The notes under the pieces are model-generated. The model did not search any database, had not been told where the DNA came from, and worked only from the letters and a program-made list of their open reading frames with translations. This document shows, one piece after another, positions 26,165-37,596 of a stretch of 64,000 nucleotides of DNA. The position numbers and the translations under genes are program-made. Source of the stretch: Podarcis erhardii (Eukaryota); NCBI GenBank assembly GCA_964252035.1, contig OZ176201.1, one strand, 5' to 3'. Within the stretch, counting starts at the first letter, position 1. Each line of letters starts with the position of its first letter.

Positions 26165-26372
26165 GATTATAGACAAATTCATGGAGGACTAAACTGTCAG
26201 TGGCTACTAGCCACAATACCTATGCTTTGCATCTATGGTTCTGAATGTGAGTTGCTGGAAACCTGAGTGCTCTTGTGGGCTTCCCATGGGCATCTGGTGG
26301 GACACTGTGAGAAGAGGATGCCAGACTACATGGGCCAGTGGTTTGCTCCAGCAAGCTCTTCTTATGTTCTTA
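26165..26372 (+). mobile_element. CR1 LINE 3' end relic
   Basis: AGACAAATTCATGGAGG...GGCTACTAGCC...GGGCATCTGGTGGGACACTGTGAG...CTTCTTATGTTCTTA terminal motif. Confidence 0.8.
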
Positions 26373-28379
26373 CTCAAGTTGTTTCATGTATGGCATCTCA
26401 ATGATCTTTACAGCAAACTGATAAGGTATTATTATTCCCATACTGCAGACAGGAAATTGAGGCTGCCAGATAGTGGTGTGCCTAATAGTGAGAAAGTGAG
26501 CTAAGATCTGAACTGCAGCGTTTCTGCTTCACAGCTAAGTCTACCAACCTATGTGCTCAAACTTTAGCACCATTGGGTTTAAATCTAAGTAAACACGCAG
26601 GACTTGCACTATGCTAAGTGCAGAGCATTCCGTTAAGCAAACCTCAAATTGCCCAAACCTGCAAATTATCCAAAATATGAAATGCTTCCCATGTAGTGTT
26701 ATGTCATTGTAGCTTTAGAAACAACAATCCTGTTTACCTAAACTTCTGATTGTCCAGGATTTGACATATTCCCATGGCCATTCAAATTGCCTATGTCATA
26801 TGGCACACATATATGTGGGTTTTATTGTTTATTTGTGCCCAGAACAATGTACGTAAAACATAGAAACAAGATACAATAAAACAATGCTACATTACAAAAA
26901 AAAAATAAAAATCACGGTAAATCAATTAAAACAAACAGATGAGGAATGCATCTCTTGTTTATCCAAATTGAGTATGCATTGATCAATGTGTTCCTGGTTG
27001 CCACCTCAACACCACAACCAGTTCAAGGACTACAGAAGCTTTAAAGAATGTAGAGGCAAAAGCCGTCATATGTTCTTGACATCTGGGACTGTAGTTTGCA
27101 CAAAAATTCCACTTCCCTACGATTTTCCATACTTTTCACTGCATATTAAAACAGAACTTCTTACCAATGAAACAAAAACATAATTTAATTTATTTGACAT
27201 GCTTATTTTTCATTTAGATTTGTATCTTATGCCAGGGTACTCTTCTTGTTCATCCTTACAAAAAATCCTATTATGTAGGACAGTATTATTTTAGGTGGAG
27301 GGGTTTTTGCAGGGGGCAGCAACAATATCAAAGTGCTATCAAAGTATCTAACATTATGTGAGACCTTAAGATAATATTAATGTTACTTGATTTCTATTTA
27401 TATCAGACAGTCATAAGCTGTCTTTGTGTGTAAATCCAAGTTGCAAATACAGGTAATACAGAAAACAAGATTTTATTTATACTGAGGACTTATTATAATA
27501 CCAACACAGTAAATTTTCCATACTTCCAATCTCTTATTTATTCTCGCAAAAAATAAGGACACGGAATAAATTTTTCAGGATGGTGATGGTGACGGCATTT
27601 TGATGATGAGTGTCTGTGGCCTCTCCCTCTGAGTTTGTGGTAACATCCACAACATTCATTTAAAGCACTCTTAATTGCACTTCAACAGACAACATGGCTC
27701 TCCCACCCCACCCCACCCGAAGAATTTTGGGAACTGGTGTTTGTTCTGTGCCTCCTACCACCTCTCAGCATCCTAAGTAAACTGCATTTCCCTGGAAGCC
27801 AGAACTGTTAAAAGTGGTATAAGTGTATGAATGTGAACCATAGCAACTGTTACTGGATGAAACTGGGATATGCATATCCATTTACCTTCTATGATGAACT
27901 GGTTAAGATAATGTGATCATAGTAATTCTGGTAGCTATACAGAGCCCTGAAGTGAGCAAAAATAGTGCCTGGCTGCCAAACAGATATTAATTCCATGGAA
28001 TCACCCTGTGCCTAAACGGAGTAACAACCAAACATAGCAGTCCAAATGCTCCTGGAATACGTCTCCTACAACATCCATGTGGAAGAAGCATGCAGAGACC
28101 AATTCACTCCACTGATGTCATTATTTATTATTTCTTATGTGATTAAACTTACTAGGAACTGGATAAAAATAAAATCAACGCAAACCGTGTCCATTCTGAG
28201 ATCTGGAAGCAGAGGATTTGGTGCACTCCTTGTTTACTCATTGAGAAAAACACGAGGCATTAAGCAAAAGCCTGCCAGTTTAAACTAAATGGTTAACCCA
28301 TAGAATCAAATTGGCTAAATGTTCCAGAGGAAAACACACTTTAAAAAGAAAATCAACCCTGCCAGATCCCATGTAATGG

Positions 28380-28740
28380 TGTCATTTACACTCTAGTCAC
28401 ATGAGCTTAAAGCGCAAGACCCTTTCATAATTAGGTACGTACACTATACCGGCTCCCTGCCTAATTAGCAAATTATGTTGAAAATAGCATCCTGCTAATT
28501 AACGGTTATTATGGCATTCCTGAAGCTGAAGCTTTAATTATCACCAACCCTAATGCTTGTGTACAGGGGGGGGGAACTTTCTTTAAATGATCAATAAGGG
28601 CAGGAGATTATTATCAGGCAAATCTGCTGACGGCTGATTAATTTGTTTGATGCAAAGTTGCTGCGTGTTTCATATTATTTTATCGAAGTTGCAGGAAAAA
28701 GGTACATAATTTGGTTTCATTAGCAACCACTGCTATTTAT
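28380..28740. promoter_or_regulatory. Candidate conserved non-coding enhancer (homeodomain-site cluster)
   Basis: Four TAATTA palindromes at 28428, 28462, 28496 and 28535 plus further TAAT/ATTA; no recognisable repeat. Function inferred only. Confidence 0.4.
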
Positions 28741-29839
28741 CACAAGAAGATGCCCCTTTCCTTTTTAGTTGTTTGTTCAGTTCCCTCTGTGTTTTTGCCT
28801 GCACCAGCATCAAAGTCAAGAGCAAGGAAGTTTTAATTAAGTGACACTAATGAGGTCGTTGAAAATGATACTTCAGCAATTCAGCATGCTGTTAAATGTG
28901 TTTATTCTATAATGTCATCAAAGGTTATTGTTTTCCCTTGTAATAGATAAAATTCATTACCATAAGCATTGTACTTCCGAGTGTAAGAAATACAAGATGC
29001 GAGTTAGTCAGGTGTGTTTCTGTTACATGTCACTTTTAATCTGCCTCCCCAAGTGATTAGATGCTTAAACTACACTTCAAAGTACAGCATTACTTCCTTT
29101 ATATATTTCTTTAAAAGCTCAAACCATTGTTAGTGCCATTTAGAATTTAGCCCTGATTCTCTATCAGCGTGCCAAGTAGACACCCAAATTTGAAATGCAT
29201 CAGTTGTAAATAAATACTATACATGTGTGTCTATTACACACACACCCTTGATTTTTTATTGCTGGTCACCATGCAGTATTACTTCCTTTTGGACAAAAAC
29301 ATGGTAATTTGATCTTCTATCACTACTTGTTGCATCAAGATGGGGACAAGTGAATACACAGGAGTGGGAAGAAGGAGGGAGGTGGTGGGAAGAAATGCAT
29401 TCCATCATTTCTGAAGAAGTGAGCAGGAAGGGTGAAACTGTTCACCTAATGAAGCTCTTCTTAGAATTAAAAGTCAGGTGGGGTTTCCCGAGACCCTGGT
29501 GATTTGTTACAGGAAGTGTTTACAGTATCCCTCTTAACAACAGAGGCTCCTCATTTCCCTTGCCCCCCCCCCCATTGCTTCAGAAAAGTAAGGGACTTTT
29601 CACATTCCCACCGCTAAGTTTTCACATTCCCACCGCTAATTCTAAGTTGAAGCACCATTGGGGAAAGGTCAGAAACTCTTCAAATATTAGAACTCTTCAA
29701 ACTCTTGTAGAAATGTCATTGTGGATTCTATGGTGTTGCAGAGAGGTAAGCCTCTGAAACGTGTGGGCTTAGGTTCTATACAGCTCTGGTGTATTGCTTT
29801 GTAATAAGGGTTACTTGTTGCCATTGCCAGCTGGCATGC

Positions 29840-30005
29840 AGGCTGAAACCCTTCCTAGGGGCAATGACCCAGCAACCACCATCCAGGCCCCTGCAACCTC
29901 AAAAATCAATTGCTGGCAGATGCCTTACATTGGGATGCCTCATAAAATTATTTGGAAACTGCAGAGGGTGCAGAATATGCTGTTGCCTGCCTCTTTGGGA
30001 CAGCA
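29840..30005 (+). mobile_element. L2 LINE ORF2 relic (post-RT region)
   Basis: Translation TTIQAPATSKINCWQMPYIGMPHKIIWKLQRVQN aligns by eye to the L2 motif TVxHALVTSRLDYCNxLYxGLPxKxxxKLQLVQN. Confidence 0.7.
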
Positions 30006-30165
30006 AGTAGACAACGTTTGCAACCCAATTTTAAGCAAGCTGTACGTAAAAAATGGTAATTTCAGACTGGAGCTGGCTATGTTCTATGATGCTGTCATTA
30101 TCTTAAATCTAATATGCCTCCCTTAATGTGTCATTCAATTCTTACTTAGATTCACCACTGTACAG

Positions 30166-31594
30166 TCTTAAGACTTAAGACTATACTATGAATCAGCAGC
30201 GTTCTGCTGGTTGAAAGATTGGCTACTTCTTGAGAATACAGATATTCTGGATTTGGAAGGATTTCACAATAGATTTGGTTGGCATGCATATATATGGTAT
30301 GACAAGGTTAAAGTTCACAAAGGTTTTTAAAACCATATTGTTAGGAAAGCATTATACAATGTTTGGATGCGATATAAGGACTTGTTGGAAAATAAAACCC
30401 CTAGGTGGCTATCACCAATGGAGGCTAAGGAGGTGAAGAAACTTAATATGGAATCTAAATGGCCAAAATATTTTGAAATTTTAGAGCAAGAAAGTGGCAA
30501 ATTTAAACTACAGAGTTTTGAGAAAATAAAGTCCAAGGTACGAGACTGGCTCCATTATTATCAAATAATGGAGACTTTTAAACAAGACAGGAAAATTGTT
30601 TTCCAGGTGGAGAAATCGAAATTAGAAACAGAATTGTTAGAACCCAATACTAAGAATTTATCAAGAATGTATAATTTGTTGCTGAAGTGGAATACAATAG
30701 ATGAGACAGTTAAATCAGCCATGATTAAATGGGCACAGGACATTGGTCATGACATCATGTTTGCTGACTGGGAACAGTTATGGACCACCGGCATTAAATT
30801 TACGGCATGTAATGCCTTAAGAGAAAATATTATGAAAATGATTTATAGTTGGTACATGACCCCAGTCAAGCTTGTGAAGATTTACCATCTGCCCAATAAT
30901 AAATGCTGGAAATGTAATGAGACTGAAGGTACCTTCTTTCACCTTTGGTGGACCTGCCCAAAGATTAAAGCCTTTTGGGAAATGATCTATAATGAAATTA
31001 AGAAGGTACTTAAATGTACTTTCCATAAGAAACCAGAGACATTTCTTTTGGGCATGGTCGGCCAATTGGTGTCAAGGAAGGACAAGACTTTTTTTATGTA
31101 CGCTACTACAGCAGCAAGGATCCTTCTAGCAAAGTATTGGAAGACACAAGAATTACCTACGCTGGAAGAATGGCAGACGAAAGTGATTGACTTTATGGGA
31201 TTGGCAGAAATGACTGGCAGAATCTGTGACCAAGAGAAAGAGACGGTGGAGGAAGACTGGAAGAAATTTAAAGCTTATCTTAAGAACTGTTTTAAAATTG
31301 ATGAGTGCTAAAATGTCAAGGGAAAGGAAGATGCAGAATTACAGCTGAAACTGTTTGATGAATTAAGATGAAACTGAGAAAGAAAATAAGTTACAATTTA
31401 ATTGGAGTAAAGGGTTGCTGAAAAACTGTTAAATAAGGATGCAGAAAGGGTGAGGTATGGGGAAGTCCGAGAAAGAAGGCTCATGAAAATGAGGATATGA
31501 AATTATACTTGTTTGTATGTTTGTGTTTGTTAATGTTTGTTTGTTATTCTGTTTTAAAATTGGAAAATCAATAAAAAATTTATTTTTTAAAAAA
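30166..31594 (+). mobile_element. 5'-truncated L1-clade LINE with 19-bp TSD
   Basis: TSD TAGATTCACCACTGTACAG at 30147-30165 and 31595-31613; ORF2 C-terminus; about 280-bp 3' UTR; AATAAA at 31570-31575; short A tail. Confidence 0.95.
30172..31311 (+). pseudogene. L1 ORF2p C-terminal fragment (end of RT region to zf-RVT CCHC knuckle), one in-frame stop
   Basis: DLRLYYESAAFCWL (L1 PDxxLYYxA motif) is in frame with the 314-aa ORF 30367-31311; TAA at 30328-30330; CWKCNETEGTFFHLWWTC is CX2CX8HX4C. Confidence 0.92.
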
Positions 31595-31847
31595 TAGATT
31601 CACCACTGTACAGGTGAGCAGGATGATGTGAATCTAATGCTGGGCCTTTTCTATCGTGGTCCCTCCCCCTTTGCTGAGCCTCACCGGTGTTCTACAGATG
31701 CTGTAAAACCTTCCTGCTCAATCATCCTTTAGAAATGTCTTTGTAATTTAAATGTTAGGTTGACTTTCTTAACCCTAAGCCAAAACTCAATATACATGTT
31801 GGAGGGATGGTGCGAGTCGCTTCTTATGAATGCCTAATATACTAATA

Positions 31848-31906
31848 CCCCATAATTGCCTTTGACTGGACTTAACTGTCCAGGGGCCCTTTACCTTTAC
31901 CTTTAC
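31848..31906 (+). mobile_element. Extremely 5'-truncated Sauria SINE (59 nt) with 11-bp TSD
   Basis: GACTGGACTTAACTGTCCAGGGGCCCTTTACCTTTACCTTTAC tail; TSD ATATACTAATA at 31837-31847 and 31907-31917. Confidence 0.85.
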
Positions 31907-32259
31907 ATATACTAATATACTAATGTGGCTTGTGTGATTTCACACCCCTTCTTTTTTGAAGGGGAAATATTACAAATGGGACATTTGTTCAAATGTGGCC
32001 AGTTCAGACTCGATATTATCTGCACAGTAGTTGAGGAATACTTTCTTCACGTAAGAATTACCGGTACCTCCCCATCCAGAGAGTGTTTCAGCATGTGCTT
32101 TATAGTAATAAAAAGTCACATCACCTACTTGCAGAACTTTGCTTATGTATATCTATATGTTTCTATAGATTCACTTCTCTACTCTAGCCTTTGACACCTG
32201 AGATATATAGATTAGGATCCACCTTATTTTCTTGACTGTAATTTGTTCTATTTTTATTA

Positions 32260-32330
32260 TTGTATTTTTAAATAGTTACAACCCACCCTGGGAATTCATG
32301 ATGATGGACAGGTAAAAAATAATAATCAAA
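32260..32330 (+). mobile_element. L2-type 3' tail relic
   Basis: T-rich stretch followed by ACCCACCCTGGGAA...GGACAGGTAAAAAATAATAAT. Confidence 0.45.
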
Positions 32331-34360
32331 TAAATTAGAATAACAAGGAAGGCAAACAGACAAAGGCCATTTTAAGGTGAGATTTAGGGGATCACCAGCA
32401 CTGGATCCCAAATTAAAAGTTATATGTTTGAAAAGCCTACTGTCTGAAGAAAGAGATTCAACATCTCCATTGAGATGCAAACACAAGAATGCTGAGTGAT
32501 CCATAAATCACTGTTATGTCAACACAGCCCAAAAGTCAAGAAAAGGATGAAAGTCACAGCAACAGTGCTCTTCCTCATGGGTTGGGGGGATGGAACGTGT
32601 CTGGGTCACATGCCCCCTAACCTTCTCTCTTTCTCCATTAAGCTCTGTGACATTTGTCTATCTGCATTCCATAAGCTCTGGCCCTGTTTGCCTTCGGAAA
32701 GTACTGGTAACTGTGTTTTACAGTCCCCCCCTCCAATGACACAAATAATCTCAGCGCAAGATGCATTAACTTCTCAGAAGAGCTTGCTTCCTGTCTTCTG
32801 TTCTTCAAATAGGATTTTATGTTTTGTTTGTTTTACACAAGGGGAGAAAGGGGAAAGAAGAAACAAAAGAAAATTTTCCCCATGGGAAAGTTAGCCTCAA
32901 AGTATAGCATTTCTATAGCAGGATAAACCACTATCATCACTGCAGAGAACATAATTACAGACAGAAACAGAGACAAAAACACAGATGTACTGAACAAGCA
33001 GTCTTGTCACTTCAAAATCAGAAGGTCAATAGGCTGGTTTGTCTTGAAGTGTGGTGAAACAGACATTTGCCTTTTTCTCTTCAGGGATTCCTACTGAGGT
33101 TTTAATTCTAAGCACACAGCTAGGCATGATTCTAAGTGCCAAGTCACATGACCGAATTGGTGTGCTGATGTTGTGTCCACCAGAACATTGTCTCAGGTTT
33201 GGATCTCGCCTCAGCCACAAACTTACCCCATAGCCTCAAGTAGGCCGACTTTCTCTCAGACCTCCATTTGCAAGATGGAAATCATATACAGATTGCAGAG
33301 ACAGTGCATGTGAAACTCATTGATATAAATGCTAAGCAAATCAGTCCAGTTTGCATTTCCTTGGGTGAACTAAGCTAACTCTGAGCTAGCTCTTGAACGA
33401 CTATGTCCTATTTCCAGCCTATTATATGGAGGTTTAAAGAATGACAGTTAGGATGGCCAGTTATGAATTCCCATAGCAGACGATTTGCAACATTACCCAA
33501 AAGAAGACACCAATTTGCACATGGGGATTTATATATATAGATGCAAATTTAGAAATAATGGTGATGATTTAAATAGAAATACATCTCACCATAGTGAGGG
33601 GAAAACGTGCCTTATGTGCCTGTCTGCCTGCTCAGTCTGCTGACCAGGTGCTGTTAACTTGTTCCCAAGTAAATAGGCATATACCATAATTCTAGAACCT
33701 AACAGGGTTTTACAAGTATTATTTGTGTTTGCAGCTGACAACTTTGACTTCTTAGCAAGAGTGTAACAAAAGAGGGTCACATCAAATATCAGAATATTAC
33801 TGGAAAGCATGAAAAGAATGTCACCTGAGATCAACTTGCATTTAGACAACTTGGCACCTTAACAGTGCACTCCTATACATGCCTACACTAAGCCCCATTG
33901 AGTTCTATGGAACTTAGTCCCAGGTATGTGTTGATAGGATTGCAACTTTAGGCAAACTAGATTGTAACCCAACCACATACCTGGGATACTGGCGTGCTAC
34001 TGGCAAGTTGCCAGAACTGGAAGTCTGCTTTGGCAGGCTCAGACATGGACTTGGGAGAAAATCTTTCAATCACTTCCATGCCTGCGCTGTAAATTGGGGG
34101 TCCAGCCTAACCAGTGTCTTACTTGCCTACCAAACCATCTATCCTGAACCTTGCTGTATTACCTTTGATATGTATTGGCATTAGTTGCTGATCAACAGGC
34201 ATAGGAAGGAATTTTACCATTTTTCAAGGTGAAACAGGACATATAATTTACAGTAGCTATTATTGCTGATTTTATCTATATATTAGCGATAAATGTTGTA
34301 TATTGTTCTTATGTACACCACTTGGAGATTTTTAAAAAGCGGTTTATAAATTCTTCTAAG

Positions 34361-34505
34361 CAGTGCTTTTTTCTGGGGCTACACAGGGGTACACATACCC
34401 CTAAACATTTTGTGAATCTAAGTTTGTCCTAATTGCAGGGCAGTATTTAAATATGAGTAGGAAAATGAAAGTACCCCTAAACATTTTTTAAGAAAAATAG
34501 CACTG
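34361..34505. mobile_element. hAT MITE (145 bp) with 8-bp TSD
   Basis: TIRs CAGTGCTTTTTTCT / AGAAAAATAGCACTG; TSD CTTCTAAG at 34353-34360 and 34506-34513; internal repeat TACCCCTAAACATTTT twice. Confidence 0.9.
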
Positions 34506-35289
34506 CTTCTAAGTAAAAAAACAAAAACAAATCAATGGTTGCATGATTGTTCTGTCCTGGCTTCTTCCATTTTGTCACAACTTATCTTGGCTGGTGCTGG
34601 GACAATGGGCATGCTCCATTGTCAGGGATGGAGGAGTGGGCTCTCTCCTTTCATTCTGGCCTTAGGGTGCATGGGCTCATCGTCCAAGCCACCTTGGAGT
34701 TTTGGCCGGCCGGCCGTAACCCCAGGTTGACAGAGGTGGATACAGTGGCAGTGCACACCACAGTGGCCCGAAGCTCGCCTTGTGCTGTCAGAAACTGGAT
34801 CCCTGCCACTGCCATTCCAAACTGCAGTGTGAGCTCTACCCACTGAAGCTGTGGCATTTTTAGCTCATGTGCTGCCTTTGCAGTTCTTGCACTCCTGTTT
34901 TGCTCTGCTCCTTGCTGGGGCCACAATTCAGGCTCGCCCATGCGTAAGATCTGGATGAGTAGAATAGGGACAGCATGGCTCAAAACTTTTAAGTCAACAA
35001 ATTGAATTAATCAGGCTCAACCTAATTTGGAACTATAGATTAAAGCCAGCAGATTAGCAAACACCATTGTAGTCAAGTAGCGGGGTGTGTCTTGATCCTT
35101 AGACAGCTAGCAGTGTGAATCATTGTGAACTGTGTGTGCACACTCATCTGTGTGTGCACGAATGCACATTCATCCATAAGAAGCACACAGAGATCACACG
35201 ACTGGAAGAGAGGCTCATTCCCTGTTTCCTGGCCAAATTGCCCTTTTAAAATGTTGGGGGTTTGCGGGGGGGTATTGGGTTGTTGTTGT

Positions 35290-35378
35290 TTTTATTTTGA
35301 TTATATATTTTGTGGTTTTAGATTTTGATTTTGTTCTGTGAACCACCCTGAGACCTCCAGGTATAGGGCGGTATATGC

Positions 35379-35414
<36 letters not shown>
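35290..35414 (+). mobile_element. L2-type 3' end with (TAA)n tail
   Basis: TGTGAACCACCCTGAGACCTCCAGGTATAGGGCGGTATA followed by (TAA)n at 35379-35414. Confidence 0.75.
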
Positions 35415-37447
35415 GAACTACTAGTGAGAAGTAGCAAAAAAACAAATGGAAAAAGTGGTGATTAATTGCAAATGCCTTGTTACGGAGCACTTCCTCACAC
35501 AGTGCCACAGAAGCAGCTGCTGAACAAACTAGCAGTAGGAAGTTGCAAGGAGGGGGGAAAGGAGGGGGAAGATACTGAAAGACTCTTAAAAAAATAGTTT
35601 TTCTGCCATAGATCATCATTTTTAATGATAAGGTATCTTCCCACCAGGAACGAGTGCAGCTTTTAAAAGGGAAGAAGCATTGTAATATTTGATACCTGCC
35701 ACCTCCCCTTCCTCAACACAACAACCACACAAGCAGCTGATGCCTTTTCAAAGCCCAGCATTGTTCTGTTCAATTCATTCTTGGCCTATTGTTGGCCACT
35801 CTCCTTTGACTGACATGTGACATTCTTGTCTTCATGGATGGGGAAGCAAAGCTCTTGATGGTTATTGACATAAGAAAATGTCATGTCTGAATATGTTTTA
35901 GTAGGACCTTTCTCTCTTGGTTCCACCTTCTTCCCCCTCCCCTCCCGTCACACAGTTTGCTACATTTAATGCCATGAAAGCCCTTAAAAAAAAGGACTCA
36001 TCATCTAAACCCTTAATTATTCTCAAGGGTTTTCAAGTGGTACTTAATTGCCAGACAACATTGAAAATCACATTTGCAGCAAGTCTCTCTTGCAAGGCAG
36101 AACACACCACATCGGCCTTTCTGTACATGAGGGTGGCTGAAAGTACAACATGTCTTTGTGGCTCAAAATATAACACTACAGGTCCCTAGTCAATGATGGT
36201 GAAGGCAGCGCTGCTAAGAAGCTAAAGACGAAGGGCTAAAATAGAGAGGTGATCAATTCCTGAAGGTTTCTACTTTAAAACATCCCAAGTTGCAGTCCTG
36301 GCTTTGTGGGAAATTGGTCTTGCACAACCTCTGACCATGTAGTGTGATGATGTAGTAATTGCAGGGTGTGCTAAGGCAGTCTATGAAAATGAAACTAGTG
36401 TGGATGCTTCAAAGCAACAACTGCACAAGAAGCAACAATATTTTAATAGCAATGGTTTCTAGCCAACTGCATTCTGCATTCTGCTCAGAGCAAACTCACT
36501 GAAACGGATGGAGCTAACATCATATTTCCAGTGTGTCTACTCTGAGTAGCACTGGATGCAAGCCAATTCACCTAATGTGTTCTGTCAGTAGAAGACTTCT
36601 GCAAGGACTTCTGATTGTACAGTGAGGCTTTCTACATCTTTCCCCCTACAACCCCCTGAAATTAGCTCACAGGGGTGGGAGAACACCCCAAACAGCACAT
36701 GGGGTGGAGGGGGGGGGAGAGGGGATATTGTTCCATTTGACAAGCTGAAATGCTTGGGAATTCAACACTGAATTCCTCCCTTGTGGATACCTGCATCGGG
36801 CACAACCTGGACAAAAATCAACTGCCGCGTTGACTGGTTTTAGAAGAGGTAGCTTTTATTTTCAGTCCATTTTACCCCCTTTTTTGGCCTCAGGTATTGT
36901 GGAATTCAAAAGCTATAATATCATTAAAAATAAACGCAACACCTTCATGACAGCAGATGGCAATTTCCTAAAGGCTTAGCATAGACGACTACCACTTTCC
37001 AAGGGTCCTCCGACTGTCAGCACTCAGCACTCAGGAAGTTTTTCTGTACCTAAACTTCTGATGCAGTGAGACTTTGGAATGACACAATCACAACCACTTT
37101 TCACTCATTCCACCACAAGTTTTTAGAGGAGTGGGGGGGTGAATGTAGAATTAAAAGTCTTCCCCAGACACAGAAATAGCTTTTATGGCACTGGTTTTCA
37201 CACATAAACCAAGGGGTTACGTAGCTGGTGGTGCGAAAGCTCAAATAGGTCTCATCTGGAATGCACTGGGAGTGGTTTAATTTAATTTAGTAATTGGCAT
37301 TGGTCAATTTCTGTGTTTGCATGAATGATTATCATCAACTCAGCAGATGTGACACAGATTCAGTACCTCTCCTTGGGTTTTACCAAAGGACACTGAAAGT
37401 CAGGGATTCTGAAAGCTTTTACTGTTTAGGACTAGGATTAGTTTGAG

Positions 37448-37596
37448 GAAGGGCTAGAGTGACAGAGCATCTTTTTTGCATTAAGAAGGTTCCTGGTTCA
37501 ATTCCTGAACCCCTGAGGAGCTACCTCCAGTGTAGCCAACACTGAGCTAGATGGACCAACAGTCTGACTTGCCATAAAGCAGCTTCCTATGTTCCT
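37448..37596 (+). mobile_element. tRNA-head/CR1-tail squamate SINE
   Basis: GGTTCCTGGTTCAATTCCTG box B-like; ACTGAGCTAGATGGACCAA..GTCTGACT...GCAGCTTCCTATGTTCCT tail. Confidence 0.75.

Noticed and set aside
29411-29445. CTGAAGAAGTGAG...GAAAC hammerhead-like motif
   Set aside because: No stem II or stem I pairing
30367-31311. 314-aa ORF as a host gene
   Set aside because: It is the C-terminal part of L1 ORF2p inside a TSD-flanked truncated L1
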